Below, in pieces: positions 1 to 10,388 of a stretch of 64,000 nucleotides of DNA. Made by a program: the position numbers and the translations under genes. Each line of letters starts with the position of its first letter. The first letter of the stretch is position 1. The notes under the pieces are model-generated. The model did not search any database, was not told the DNA's origin, and was given only the letters and a program-made list of their open reading frames with translations. Source of the DNA: a phage; sequence record PX969468.1. One strand, given 5' to 3'.

Positions 1-2625
1 GTGGGCCAAGAAATGAGGGTTCTTGAATGGGAGTTCACCAAAAAGGGCGGTGTCAAGGTAAAACTCCGTCAAGATGCTAAAGAGTGGAATGATGCCACAG
101 GGCAACTTCCGGATTCTGGAGATGTGGATATTCCGATATCCCCGTCCGGTGTAGCTCAACCGCAAAACTTCAGATACTCTGTTCTTCAAGCTGGGGAAGT
201 AACTCATGGTGTTTTGGCTTGGGACAACGTTGGAACTTATGCTCAAAATATTGTGCAGGTAAGAAAGAACGGAGAGATTATTTGGACAGCGCAAACAGTC
301 GAGCAGTTTGTCCGCGTAGAAGGATTGACCAAAGGGTCATATACAGCAACCGTGGTTGCAACATCTTATAAGGGTGGTGTATCTCCAGAAGCCTACTGCG
401 AGTTCAACATTCAAGCACCTGAAGCTCCTGTTTCTGTAGAAGTTAAGCAGGGATACTTTGCTATCACCTTGATTCCGCACAGCAGGGACTTAGCAAGTGT
501 AAGCACCCAGTATGATTTTTGGACATCTGGTATGACAAGGTTGCCTGACACAAGTGATGCAACCGTTACTTCAAAAGCCACCCGTATGGGTGTTGGTTCA
601 ACTTGGACATCTGAAGGTCTGCAGAACGATAAGATTTATTATTGGTATATTCGAACCACAAACGCTTTTGGTAGTTCTCAGTTTGTAGAATGCGCTGCAC
701 GCTGCTACACCTCTATTGAAGATTTGATGCCTCAGATAGATGCTGAATTTAAAAAGACAGAAACTTATAAAGAGTTGATGAGCACTTTAGATTCCTCTAT
801 CGAGGAGGTTGAAAATCGTGTCATAGAGCTTAACAAGTACATGGACGGAAGGGTAGATGAGGCATTCCAACAACTTGGAGATAGGATAGGTGCGGTAGTT
901 ACAGAGACAACTCAGAAGTTTGAGGATGTCAATGGAAATATCACAGCTCTGGATAGGAAACTTGTTGCTGCACAGAACAAGTTCACCAACGATCTGAACA
1001 CTGAAAGTGGAAGACTGGCATCCCTGATCGAGACAACCAATAAAGCAACCACTGATCTTCTGAACAAAAAGACAGAGGCTTTAGACGAGAAATTGGTTGC
1101 AGCCAAAGGGGAGTTGGTAGAACAAATAAGTGGTGTGGAGAGCGGATACCTTGCCGGAGATAAAACTCTAGATGGCAAGATCAATACCCAGAGAACGGAA
1201 CTTGATGCAAGCATCTTAAGCACCAACCAGGCGACAGTGGATCTTCTCAACAGGACATCTGAAACTCTGGATCAAAAGATCAGTCAGACAAACGCGACGG
1301 TATCTAAGAACTATACCACCCTTGATGGTAAGATAACTACCGCAAAAACTGATCTCAATACCTTGATTGCCAATACCAACAAGGCCACCACAGATTTGTT
1401 GAATCAGAAAACCTCTGCACTGTCGGAGCAGATAACTTCTGCACGTGGGGAAATTTCTACCAACAAACAGGCGATTAAGGATTTAGATGGGAAGCTGACC
1501 TCCACAAAAACAGCACTGGACGCTACAATCTCCGATACCAACAAAGCAACCGTGGATCTTATTAACGGCACAGCGTCAGCTATTCGTCAAGAACTTGCTG
1601 TTGCTAAGCAGGAGATCATTGATGATGTCGGTGATGTGTCAGAGCTTAGAGCTGCAGTAGCTACAACATCTAAGGCTGTGACAGACTTAGAGGGCAAAGT
1701 AAATGCTCAATGGGGCACAAAAATACAGGTAGACTCCGCAGGGAATAAGTATGTGGCAGGTATCCAGTTAGGCATGGAAGGCTCTGGAGGCCAAGTTCAG
1801 TCATATTTCATGGTTAGCGCAAACAACTTTGCGGTATACAACCCAGGCAATGGAACAGCAACCCTTGCTTTCGCAATCAAGAACAACCAAGCGTTCTTGA
1901 AAGACGCTTTTATAGAGAACGGCACGATCTCTTCTGCCAAGATCGCGCAAGAAATTTCGTCAAACAACTACGATGGCAATGGGTACCACAAATACGGTTG
2001 GTATATTAACAAGAACGGGCACGCCCAGTTTATGGATGTGTGGGTGAAAGGTAACATCAACGCTAGTGCAGGTAACTTCACAGGGGCAGTTAACGCTACC
2101 AGTGGCACCTTCCGTGGAGATGTTTATGCCAACAATGGTAGCTTTAGAGGAACCATAGATGCAACAGGAGGTACATTCCGTGGACGTGTAGAAGCTTCCG
2201 TTATCCGTGCTAACCAGTTCGAAGGTGCGATTGTTGCACACAGGACTTACGGAGATTGTGCTCCAGTATACAACTCCCAGCAAAGGGTTTGCCGTTGGAG
2301 GTGGAGATATGTAGATAACGTTTCAGGTCAGGGTAAGAACGTAACATTCTTCTTTAAACTGAATGGTACTCTTGCCAGCTCCCAGCTTAACGTTTGGATA
2401 GCCGGACATCAAATCCTTGCAGGCAAGAAGTACGGAAACGACAACAACGGCATGTGTGCGGTAGGGATAACAGGTCTTGGTGAACAAACTATAGACATTA
2501 TCGTCGAGATTTACACACCATGGTCAACGTCAAGTGTGACAGGGGTTACAATATCTTGTCCAACCGTAATAGTTAGTCGTTCAAACTCTAGCCTCCAGGG
2601 ACCTTGGAACGAGTCTCATGACTAA
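1..2625 (+). CDS. Tail tip/tail fibre (host-specificity, J-like) protein, C-terminal 874 aa; 5' end outside window
   Basis: ORF open at window start; repeated coiled-coil units (NKATTDLLN.., TALDATISDTNKATVDL..), then SYFMVSANNFAVYNP and GxFRG repeats typical of tail tip/fibre C-termini; intrinsic terminator follows. Confidence 0.75.
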   Translation: MGQEMRVLEWEFTKKGGVKVKLRQDAKEWNDATGQLPDSGDVDIPISPSGVAQPQNFRYSVLQAGEVTHGVLAWDNVGTYAQNIVQVRKNGEIIWTAQTVEQFVRVEGLTKGSYTATVVATSYKGGVSPEAYCEFNIQAPEAPVSVEVKQGYFAITLIPHSRDLASVSTQYDFWTSGMTRLPDTSDATVTSKATRMGVGSTWTSEGLQNDKIYYWYIRTTNAFGSSQFVECAARCYTSIEDLMPQIDAEFKKTETYKELMSTLDSSIEEVENRVIELNKYMDGRVDEAFQQLGDRIGAVVTETTQKFEDVNGNITALDRKLVAAQNKFTNDLNTESGRLASLIETTNKATTDLLNKKTEALDEKLVAAKGELVEQISGVESGYLAGDKTLDGKINTQRTELDASILSTNQATVDLLNRTSETLDQKISQTNATVSKNYTTLDGKITTAKTDLNTLIANTNKATTDLLNQKTSALSEQITSARGEISTNKQAIKDLDGKLTSTKTALDATISDTNKATVDLINGTASAIRQELAVAKQEIIDDVGDVSELRAAVATTSKAVTDLEGKVNAQWGTKIQVDSAGNKYVAGIQLGMEGSGGQVQSYFMVSANNFAVYNPGNGTATLAFAIKNNQAFLKDAFIENGTISSAKIAQEISSNNYDGNGYHKYGWYINKNGHAQFMDVWVKGNINASAGNFTGAVNATSGTFRGDVYANNGSFRGTIDATGGTFRGRVEASVIRANQFEGAIVAHRTYGDCAPVYNSQQRVCRWRWRYVDNVSGQGKNVTFFFKLNGTLASSQLNVWIAGHQILAGKKYGNDNNGMCAVGITGLGEQTIDIIVEIYTPWSTSSVTGVTISCPTVIVSRSNSSLQGPWNESHD

Positions 2626-2632
2626 CAGTAAA

Positions 2633-2660
2633 GCCCCGCTTCGGCGGGGTTTATTTTTAT
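2633..2660 (+). terminator. Intrinsic terminator
   Basis: CCCCGC-TTCG-GCGGGG hairpin followed by TTTATTTTTAT. Confidence 0.75.
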
Positions 2661-2667
2661 GCTCGGA

Positions 2668-2696
2668 TTGACTATTGTTACAAAATTTGGTAAAAT
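2668..2696 (+). promoter_or_regulatory. sigma70-like promoter
   Basis: TTGACT, 17-nt spacer, TAAAAT; upstream of GGAGG RBS and GTG start at 2730. Confidence 0.6.
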
Positions 2697-2729
2697 ACCT
2701 TGTAGAGATTTTCATACCGGAGGAGTGAC

Positions 2730-4220
2730 GTGGCTAAGTATGGATTGACAGAGGCTGGTTTCGTTATACCAACCCTAAATGACCTAATCGTTGAAACTAA
2801 GCAAAGCCTGATCCGTGCTTTTGGCGAAAACTTCAACGTACAGAGTAACTCCGTTGCAGATAAGCTGACCACTATCTTCAACGAGCGAGAGTATCAACTT
2901 ATTCTTATGGCAGCATCTGTATACGCATCGCAGACGCTGTATGGGGCAGAAGGTATTTACCTGGATGAGCTTCTTGGAAGACAGGGTATTTACCGAAGAG
3001 GCCGTTCTAAATCATCAGGTACCTGCCAGTTGACAATCAACACAACTGTGCCGTACAATATGATTTATGATTCCAAAACTTATACGCTGGACAGTGGCAA
3101 CTTTGTTCTTAGCAACGATGTGCAGGTGGCGGGAAATCTTATTGCTCACAGAATAAACGCTCCAGACCTAAGAATTGGGAAATACAACTTTCAAATTACC
3201 AACCAGACAGACGGAAGTATCAAAACAAAAAGTTTGGTTTTAACAGATAAGGCTCTGGACTCTTCTGATTTGCCAAGCTTTTACGGCGAGATTAAGCAAT
3301 TCATTGTCGATAATACAACCCTGCTGAATGATGATTTAATTCAGATAGATATGTTGACAGGGACGTTGTGGATAGGGTACAATTCGAATCTTGATCAGGT
3401 TGGACTTAATAGCAGGGTAGATTTCAGAGTATCCCCGATTGTAGGGGAAAGAACTATCACCCTAGATGTTATCGCTAACGAGGCTGGTGAGCTGTCAAGA
3501 GAGGCAGAAACCGTGACAACAATGTCACCTACTCCCAGCGGATTTATCAAGCTTACCAACCGAGAAAGATTCAATGAGGGTAGGGATGTTGAGAAAGACT
3601 CTGAGTATCGCTTAAGAGCTTCCAGCACTAAACAGCTGACATCTAAAGCTACCCGTCCTGCAATCCTTAGCGCTGTAAGCGAGGTGAAAGGTGTTGAAAA
3701 AGTAAGAGTGTTCTCTAACAACACCGATAAAACGGATGTGAAAGGTATACCACCTTATAAGTTTCAAGTGGTGGTGTTTGGTGGTGCAACAGAGGATATC
3801 TGTCAGGCGCTGTATCAAACCATAGCTTGCACAAACAGAACTTATGGGAATATCTTCTACGATATTACCACATCAGACGGTCAGACTGAAAGGATTTATT
3901 ACTCCAAGGCAAATACCTACCGCCTAGATGTAAGAATTACCTACTCAGGTGCTGCGCTTTCCACAACCGAAAAAGATGCCATTGTAGAGGCTCTTTTGCA
4001 GGTTGTTAACGGACTGGATGTTGCAGATACGTTGTACAATATCCAATTGGTTGGTGCTGCATCGGCTGCTGTGTCAATAGGCAGATTTAACAGACTTGTA
4101 ATTCAAGTCAAACCTGTGGGGGCCTCTGATGAAGCTTACACTACAAACGATATTGTTGCAAACATGACTGAGGTGTTTGACCTAGACGAAAGTAATATAA
4201 CTTTCCAACAAACTATTTAA
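2730..4220 (+). CDS. Virion structural protein (tail/baseplate region), function unassigned
   Basis: 496-aa ORF, GGAGG RBS, GTG start; sits inside tail-fibre module. Confidence 0.6.
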   Translation: MAKYGLTEAGFVIPTLNDLIVETKQSLIRAFGENFNVQSNSVADKLTTIFNEREYQLILMAASVYASQTLYGAEGIYLDELLGRQGIYRRGRSKSSGTCQLTINTTVPYNMIYDSKTYTLDSGNFVLSNDVQVAGNLIAHRINAPDLRIGKYNFQITNQTDGSIKTKSLVLTDKALDSSDLPSFYGEIKQFIVDNTTLLNDDLIQIDMLTGTLWIGYNSNLDQVGLNSRVDFRVSPIVGERTITLDVIANEAGELSREAETVTTMSPTPSGFIKLTNRERFNEGRDVEKDSEYRLRASSTKQLTSKATRPAILSAVSEVKGVEKVRVFSNNTDKTDVKGIPPYKFQVVVFGGATEDICQALYQTIACTNRTYGNIFYDITTSDGQTERIYYSKANTYRLDVRITYSGAALSTTEKDAIVEALLQVVNGLDVADTLYNIQLVGAASAAVSIGRFNRLVIQVKPVGASDEAYTTNDIVANMTEVFDLDESNITFQQTI

Positions 4221-4231
4221 GGCGGTGAGAT

Positions 4232-4918
4232 ATGGCAGAGATTAAGTCGGATGTCAACCACATCCACACTCTGCCAGATTTTGTTCAGGGAGGTCTTGAT
4301 TACCTGCCTGGGGATTTTCTGGCTGAGAAGGTTAATTTAGTCACATTCTTAACCGTGTACCTTAAAAGGTTGGAGAATGTTGATAAAATACTGGTAGGCT
4401 TGGCTGAAGGAAGATTGCTTAACAATGCCAGCGGGAGATACCTTGACGAAGTTGGTAATCAACTTGGTATCCTTAGGAATGGTCTTTCAGACGCGGATTT
4501 TCGTGCTACGCTGATTATTCAGCAGGCAGCATCATCAAGAGGTGGTACTCGCGAAGATGTCATCTCCACCTTACGACAGTTGTTCGGAAGAGATAATTTC
4601 GATACGTGGAAAGGTGACAATTTCAGGTTTGACATAAACATTAGAAAAACTTGCTTTGACATATTGCAGTCTATCGACCAGATCTTAGATATGCTGCCAT
4701 TGCCTTGTCATTTGCGTCTTACGGAATCGCAAGGGCAAGCTTTTGGTTTTGAAGGGGACTCTGCAGCTCTCGGCTTCGGATCAGTGTGGGAAGAAAACCA
4801 GTTCGGGGTTGGTGGGTTGGCTACTTTGTTATATGTTCCTGACGTAAGACCTGATTGGGACACCACAACTATTTATTGTGAAAGTATTACAGTAAACGCA
4901 ACTAGACAGGAGGGTTAA
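4232..4918 (+). CDS. Structural-module protein, function unknown
   Basis: 228-aa ORF, RBS GGCGGTGAG; stop overlaps next start (TAATG). Confidence 0.55.
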   Translation: MAEIKSDVNHIHTLPDFVQGGLDYLPGDFLAEKVNLVTFLTVYLKRLENVDKILVGLAEGRLLNNASGRYLDEVGNQLGILRNGLSDADFRATLIIQQAASSRGGTREDVISTLRQLFGRDNFDTWKGDNFRFDINIRKTCFDILQSIDQILDMLPLPCHLRLTESQGQAFGFEGDSAALGFGSVWEENQFGVGGLATLLYVPDVRPDWDTTTIYCESITVNATRQEG

Positions 4919-6990
4919 TGGCAATAGCTGTTTTTAAACCTTACCGTGATTACTCTACAATGGCTGCACGGTTTCATTACCGCACAGTTCAAGATACTGC
5001 AGTTCCAGGTAGGGATTATGATCATGTTGAGGGTGATATAACTATTCCGGTTGGGGCAACCAGTATTGAGATTCCTGTAGAAATTGTTGACAAATTGCCA
5101 AACAGGTTGCCAAGAAGCTTCTTTATGGAGTTTTCATCAAACTCCCAAGGGGTTATGATTGGAACACAAAGAGCGAAATGTACAATAGTTTCAGATGAGA
5201 ATCTTGACAGAATATCTTGGGATACCGTTGAGGAGAGAATGTTTCACCCAAGATACTGGGTTACAACCACACAGCAGACTGAAAGCACCTGTATTGTTGC
5301 GGATAATAACTGCTGTATTAACCGTTTAGTGTCAAGAACATATGGAGGCATGGCTGGGTGCATTTGGGAAACAGTTGACAAGTATGACCATTTCGGTATT
5401 GGATTTGATGATCACTACGAGATGAGAAACACCAAGCTTTGGTTCAGAATGTCAATAACCAATGCCAGCAACTTTTCCACCCCTGAAAAGATGATTATGA
5501 CTGTAGACCTTGTTGATGGTACAATCATCTATGTTCCTTTAGCTCAATATGCTGTCAGCATCTCAGAGGATAAGAATGTTGCAGAAATTCATATTGATTT
5601 CGAGGACTGCGTCGGGATGGACCAGAACAACAACATGATGGGTGTTGATCCTCGGCAGGTGAGAAGGATTCTAATACCACTTATGCCTAAAGATTGGGTA
5701 GGTAATAGCACAGACCCGAGAACGGAAAATGTAGAGTGTGAGCTGCGTCTAGATCTGCTTCAGCCGGACACAGGCTGGAAAATGATGCAACTTAACAATA
5801 TCCAGGTGAAAGAGCACGACGTCGGGATCTGCACAGCATATGACGATATGTGGAACGTATCCCCTTTAAGGGTGTTGAGCAATATCAAGCGCCTTGGCTA
5901 TACCGGAACCATAAATCATTATGTTGGTATGAGTCATTATTATGACTACACATGGTCAGGAACCCAATGGTCTATAAACAAAACAGGGGCTCTAAACGCT
6001 GCAGCTTATAAATGGCATGATGATTTTATGTACAATGCCAAACGACATGACTTCGACGTTATGCAGTCTGTAAGCTTTGAGCTTTATAGCGATGCCTGCC
6101 CGTTGGAATGGACCCAGAGAGACTGGAACGATAACTATGCTAAAACAGGCTATACGCCTTGTAGTTACCTCCTGTCTCCAACCATTGAAGAGGGTATGAA
6201 TTTCCTTACTGCGGTATTTAAGAATTTTGCATCAGCCGCTATGAGAAACAACCTGCCAGTGATTATGCAGATTGGTGAACCGTGGTGGTGGTTCAATACC
6301 GATACTCGTAAGCCTTGTATTTATGACTACCCTACAAAGCAGGCGTTTTATGATGAGACTGGTGAATATGCACTAGACATTGGGACTATTGACGATCCTA
6401 AAACTGGCGGTGTTTATGACAAGTATGTAGCATTTTGTCGTGGTAAGCTTGGCGCTCGTATTGCAGCCATTTCAAAGGCAATAAAAGCACACGCTGCATC
6501 GGCTCAGATGACAGCTTTACTGTTTTTCCCCACTATTATGGAAACCGAGCTTACGCAAAAACTGAACCTTGCTGACCAATATAAAAAGGAAGCAGGTGCT
6601 CTTGATTTCTTCTGCACTGAGTGCTACGATTGGGTGATGCAGGGAGGTATTGAAAAGGCAAAAGAGTCTGTAAACATACCTATCGTTAAGTTAGGTTGGA
6701 AACCGTCTGAAATACAATACCTTGCAGGGTTCGTTCCTAGCAAAGAGCTTGCTCCGGTATATGGCTACGACCCAACCAGGAATTACCAAGAATTTTTATG
6801 GAGATGTATTTGCGGAAACATGGCAACCATAGAGTATAGATACCCTGAGGTAAAACAGTATGTGTGGGCATACCCGCAAGTAATGTCTGACAGCATCACT
6901 GTTACCGCTAGAGATTCTACCGTGCTTCATATGGGGCAGGTTGCTCTGAAAGGGTATGTAGAAGATGTTGTCCCGCCAGACTTCTCATAA
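4918..6990 (+). CDS. Structural-module protein with N-terminal Calx-beta-like domain
   Basis: 690-aa ORF; N-terminus TVQDTAVPGRDYDHVEGDITIPVGATSIEIPVEIVDK fits Calx-beta pattern. Confidence 0.55.
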   Translation: MAIAVFKPYRDYSTMAARFHYRTVQDTAVPGRDYDHVEGDITIPVGATSIEIPVEIVDKLPNRLPRSFFMEFSSNSQGVMIGTQRAKCTIVSDENLDRISWDTVEERMFHPRYWVTTTQQTESTCIVADNNCCINRLVSRTYGGMAGCIWETVDKYDHFGIGFDDHYEMRNTKLWFRMSITNASNFSTPEKMIMTVDLVDGTIIYVPLAQYAVSISEDKNVAEIHIDFEDCVGMDQNNNMMGVDPRQVRRILIPLMPKDWVGNSTDPRTENVECELRLDLLQPDTGWKMMQLNNIQVKEHDVGICTAYDDMWNVSPLRVLSNIKRLGYTGTINHYVGMSHYYDYTWSGTQWSINKTGALNAAAYKWHDDFMYNAKRHDFDVMQSVSFELYSDACPLEWTQRDWNDNYAKTGYTPCSYLLSPTIEEGMNFLTAVFKNFASAAMRNNLPVIMQIGEPWWWFNTDTRKPCIYDYPTKQAFYDETGEYALDIGTIDDPKTGGVYDKYVAFCRGKLGARIAAISKAIKAHAASAQMTALLFFPTIMETELTQKLNLADQYKKEAGALDFFCTECYDWVMQGGIEKAKESVNIPIVKLGWKPSEIQYLAGFVPSKELAPVYGYDPTRNYQEFLWRCICGNMATIEYRYPEVKQYVWAYPQVMSDSITVTARDSTVLHMGQVALKGYVEDVVPPDFS

Positions 6991-7002
6991 TCAGGAGATA
7001 AA

Positions 7003-8043
7003 ATGTCAAAACCTAGTTTTCCATTAGAGATTTGGGCAGAGGAGGATCAGGTTCTGCCTAACACCCACAGACAGAACAGGCTACGCCCGATTGATGATTT
7101 GTGGAGAAAAGGTTGGGATCTTGGTCAAAAGCCCTCATGTGAAGAACTTAACTATATTTTCAATATGCTCGGAACTTGGGCAAAATACATTGCTGACGAG
7201 CAGATCCCCGCTCAAGAAGGCCGTTATCTGGTACGCGATAATAACTTGAGTGATCTTTTGAACATCCCTGTTGCCCGTAGAAACCTTGGGATTATTACTA
7301 AGGAAGAGGCAGACGCCAGGTATGTAAAAGTTACAGGTGATACAATGACAGGCCCATTGGGTTTGCAACGTATCAACTTTAAAGCTGCCGAGACAGACAG
7401 GGCTTGGATAGAGACAACTATTGGCCCAGATAAGACAACTCTCGACTTTGGGTTAAGTGATAATATTGGGTCGTTTGATGATGGTGGTACATCTACAGTA
7501 GATGCGTTTCGTTGGAGATTTCAGCCAACTCAGCCGGATATCAATCCGGAGTTCACTTTGATGTACCTTAACGCGATCACGGCTAACCGTGCGCTGTTGA
7601 AAGTGGTAGGCAATGTTGAAGTTGTCGATAACATGAGGTGCAATAACCTTACTATTAGCAATACAGCAACATTCACCAACTGTAATGTGGCTAGTCAGTT
7701 GACGGCTGGGTCAGTGTATGTTAATGGTGGTACAAGTTGTGACAGTATGGTTGTAAGAAGTCAGCACTGTGTTGTCGGTAACAGAAATGTGGTGCGCTCT
7801 GTAAATGGAGTGACGGCTAACGGTAACGGTGATGTAACAATCACTATCCCGCAGACAGGTGTGCAAGACATCAGAATCGGTGCAAGACTTGTTGACGGCG
7901 TTTCCGAATCTCCAATTCGCAACGGCTACGTTGTCACAGGCTGGCATTTCGGTGACAAAAAAGAGATGCGTGGTTCAACCTACTGGGCAGGACCTTTACA
8001 AAAACTTGTAAATGGTCAATGGATCACTGTTAATTATGCATAG
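7003..8043 (+). CDS. Tail fibre protein (receptor-binding, P2 gpH-like C-terminus)
   Basis: 346 aa; C-terminus LQKLVNGQWITVNYA resembles recalled P2 gpH end (IQKYINGTWYNV); RBS AGGAGA. Confidence 0.7.
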   Translation: MSKPSFPLEIWAEEDQVLPNTHRQNRLRPIDDLWRKGWDLGQKPSCEELNYIFNMLGTWAKYIADEQIPAQEGRYLVRDNNLSDLLNIPVARRNLGIITKEEADARYVKVTGDTMTGPLGLQRINFKAAETDRAWIETTIGPDKTTLDFGLSDNIGSFDDGGTSTVDAFRWRFQPTQPDINPEFTLMYLNAITANRALLKVVGNVEVVDNMRCNNLTISNTATFTNCNVASQLTAGSVYVNGGTSCDSMVVRSQHCVVGNRNVVRSVNGVTANGNGDVTITIPQTGVQDIRIGARLVDGVSESPIRNGYVVTGWHFGDKKEMRGSTYWAGPLQKLVNGQWITVNYA

Positions 8044-8057
8044 ATCGGAGGACTAGC

Positions 8058-8642
8058 ATGAAAATACTTCAAGAGTTTAAACTTTACCAACCGGGATCTG
8101 GCGAATACCACGCCAACAAGGAAACCAAAGAGCTGACCCCTCAAGAGGTTGAGGATTACACCGCATACACTGGGTATTTTTTACGTAATGATGATGGCGA
8201 TTGGTATGTGCAGTCACGAACATTACGACAAGAAAATCCGGGTTGTATCTTCCTACTTGTTGACGAGAAGGGAATTCTTAAGACATCTACAGAAGAGCCT
8301 GATGCCTTATGGCCTGCTCCAGGTCTTCGTGTGGTTATCGCCAAAAAAGAAGAGGTACCAGAAAACATTATGCTTCACCACGACGCTTTGCGTTTAGTTG
8401 GTGATGAATTTGTCACAGATAATGAATTCTTTGTTCAACAGGCAGAGGGTGTCATAGAGACAGAACTTGCTTGGGCTACTGCTAGAATTGGTGCCTATCA
8501 AGACATGATTGACCTTGAATATGATCTTACTGATGACCAGAAACGTAACATCAGAGATTTGAAAATGTACAGGGTAAAACTTCTTGAAATAGATACATCT
8601 AAAGCCCCTGACATTTTCTTCCCGGAGCGACCTACCCTCTAA
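8058..8642 (+). CDS. Tail fibre assembly chaperone (Tfa family)
   Basis: 194 aa; C-terminal LKMYRVKLLEIDTSKAPDIFFPERP matches Tfa signature (YR..L..ID.S.AP....P..P). Confidence 0.7.
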   Translation: MKILQEFKLYQPGSGEYHANKETKELTPQEVEDYTAYTGYFLRNDDGDWYVQSRTLRQENPGCIFLLVDEKGILKTSTEEPDALWPAPGLRVVIAKKEEVPENIMLHHDALRLVGDEFVTDNEFFVQQAEGVIETELAWATARIGAYQDMIDLEYDLTDDQKRNIRDLKMYRVKLLEIDTSKAPDIFFPERPTL

Positions 8643-8653
8643 GAGGAGGTGTT

Positions 8654-8968
8654 GTGGAGTTGGATTTGGCGGCATTGTACGGTATCTGCATGGGTACCGT
8701 TGTCCCGATCTGTGTATGGGCTTTCAACCAGTGGCACACCAAATGGAAAGGCATTTCCAAGAGGTTGGATGAACTGGAGAAAGACCTCATCTTAGTGAAA
8801 AACAGTATGGTTACAAAAGATAAACTTGATTCCGTTATCGAGACCCGGTTAAGCAAGCTAGAGGCCGATATTAACGACCTTAAGCAGGATGTCAGGACAG
8901 ATGTCTCCGGCATCCGAGCTGATGTACAAAAGATTTTGCACATGCTTGTAGAGCATAGTAAAAGGTAA
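8654..8968 (+). CDS. Small protein with hydrophobic N-terminus and coiled-coil C-terminus
   Basis: 104-aa ORF, GTG start 4 nt after AAGAGGAGG; start uncertain. Confidence 0.45.
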   Translation: MELDLAALYGICMGTVVPICVWAFNQWHTKWKGISKRLDELEKDLILVKNSMVTKDKLDSVIETRLSKLEADINDLKQDVRTDVSGIRADVQKILHMLVEHSKR

Positions 8969-8998
8969 ACAAAGGTCAGGACGGAAAGGACTCCGTTC

Positions 8999-9027
8999 TT
9001 GCATTTTGTTTCCTAAAGTGTTAAAAT
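8999..9027 (+). promoter_or_regulatory. sigma70-like promoter between the two fibre cassettes
   Basis: TTGCAT, 17-nt spacer, TAAAAT; upstream of AGGAGA RBS and ATG 9058. Confidence 0.55.
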
Positions 9028-9057
9028 AGTCCTAAGGAATTTTCTCAGGAGAACGTG

Positions 9058-10101
9058 ATGACTAAACCAGTTATCCCTCTTGATATTTGGGCCAATCAGG
9101 ATGTTGTGCTTGAAAATACGGGAGAATTGAATAAGTCTCAACCAAAAAAAGAAGAGAGATTGAAAGGTTGGGATATGACACAAAGAGTGGCATGTGAAGT
9201 TGTTAACTTTGAACTTCACATGCTTTCTGCGTGGTTAAAGCATTTAACAGAAGATGTTGTCCCAGGATGGGATAATAGATTCTTAAGGGTCACTAATAAT
9301 CTAGCAGACGTTCCAGACAAAGCTGCTGCACGTCAAGTTCTCAATGTATACTCGCCTGAAGAAATGGACGATCTGTATGTTGACAAGTCTGGAGACATAA
9401 TGACTCAGACTCAAACTTTAGGCCTTCAAAGAATCGAGTTTGCATCTGCGTCAACAGACAATGCGGCAATATATACCACCATAACCTCAGACAAGACGAT
9501 GATGGATTTCTGGATTATGGACAACATCGGTGGTGCTGACGGCACAGATCTTGATGATCCTTCTCACCAAATAGACGGGTTCCGTTGGAGATTTCAGCCT
9601 TCTGGTGGGCAGCCTGTGTTTTCGGCTATGAAGCTCAATGCTATAACTGCCAACCGTGCAAGACTGGCTATTCAAGGAAATCTTGAATGCAACGATGCAA
9701 AAAGTTCCTCTGCAAATGCCAATGCAGTTACTATACCAAGAGCCACTGTTAATGGTCAACAATCCTGTGGAAGCGCTCAAATAGGTGGAAGAGTTGATTG
9801 TAACGATGAAACCGTCAGGGGCCAATATGCAACAGTTGGTGGAAGAAACGTGGTCCGTAGGGTAAATGGTAACAGCGCAGACGGTAGTGGTAACCTTACT
9901 ATTCCTATGCCTAGTAGGGGTGTTGAAGATGTAAGGATAGCAAACCGTTTCAGAACCACCTACAGAGAATCAAGAGTATACCCTGGGCATGTAATGTGCT
10001 CCGGCAATTACGCCTATAAACACCCGTATCAGGGCGACTATTGGACTGGAGCCATTCAAAAATTTGTAAATGGTCAATGGATCACTATATCTTATGCTTA
10101 A
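9058..10101 (+). CDS. Tail fibre protein, paralog of 7003-8043
   Basis: Conserved N-terminus (P.IPLDIWA..D.VL.NT...KGWD) and C-terminus (IQKFVNGQWITISYA) shared with 7003-8043; central part divergent. Confidence 0.7.
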   Translation: MTKPVIPLDIWANQDVVLENTGELNKSQPKKEERLKGWDMTQRVACEVVNFELHMLSAWLKHLTEDVVPGWDNRFLRVTNNLADVPDKAAARQVLNVYSPEEMDDLYVDKSGDIMTQTQTLGLQRIEFASASTDNAAIYTTITSDKTMMDFWIMDNIGGADGTDLDDPSHQIDGFRWRFQPSGGQPVFSAMKLNAITANRARLAIQGNLECNDAKSSSANANAVTIPRATVNGQQSCGSAQIGGRVDCNDETVRGQYATVGGRNVVRRVNGNSADGSGNLTIPMPSRGVEDVRIANRFRTTYRESRVYPGHVMCSGNYAYKHPYQGDYWTGAIQKFVNGQWITISYA

Positions 10102-10112
10102 AAAGAGGGTAA

Positions 10113-10379
10113 ATGAAATTAACTCAGTTTTTATGGGGGTTGGTTGCAGCATCTGATGACCCTACGAAAGTGTCCCAATCTAAGCTATGGTCAAACATAG
10201 GCATGGCAGTGATGACTGGGGTGTTTATTCATATGGGGTACAATGATACGCTTCCTGAATGGTATGCGTGGATATATGCACCTTCAGTAGCCTGCCCCCA
10301 GCTTATTAGCAAATTCATCTCGCTCCGGTGGGGTTGCCAGCACCCTGACCACGTTAAAAACGAAGAGCAAAAAGCTTAA
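10113..10379 (+). CDS. Hypothetical protein (88 aa) downstream of second fibre
   Basis: ORF with hydrophobic stretch; position equivalent to a fibre accessory gene but no Tfa motif. Confidence 0.45.
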   Translation: MKLTQFLWGLVAASDDPTKVSQSKLWSNIGMAVMTGVFIHMGYNDTLPEWYAWIYAPSVACPQLISKFISLRWGCQHPDHVKNEEQKA

Positions 10380-10388
10380 GGAGAAATC

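Noticed and set aside
8149-8397. 82-aa ORF overlapping the Tfa gene in another frame (and similar internal ORFs listed in the six-frame track)
   Set aside because: Embedded within better-supported genes having conserved motifs; no independent SD or promoter.
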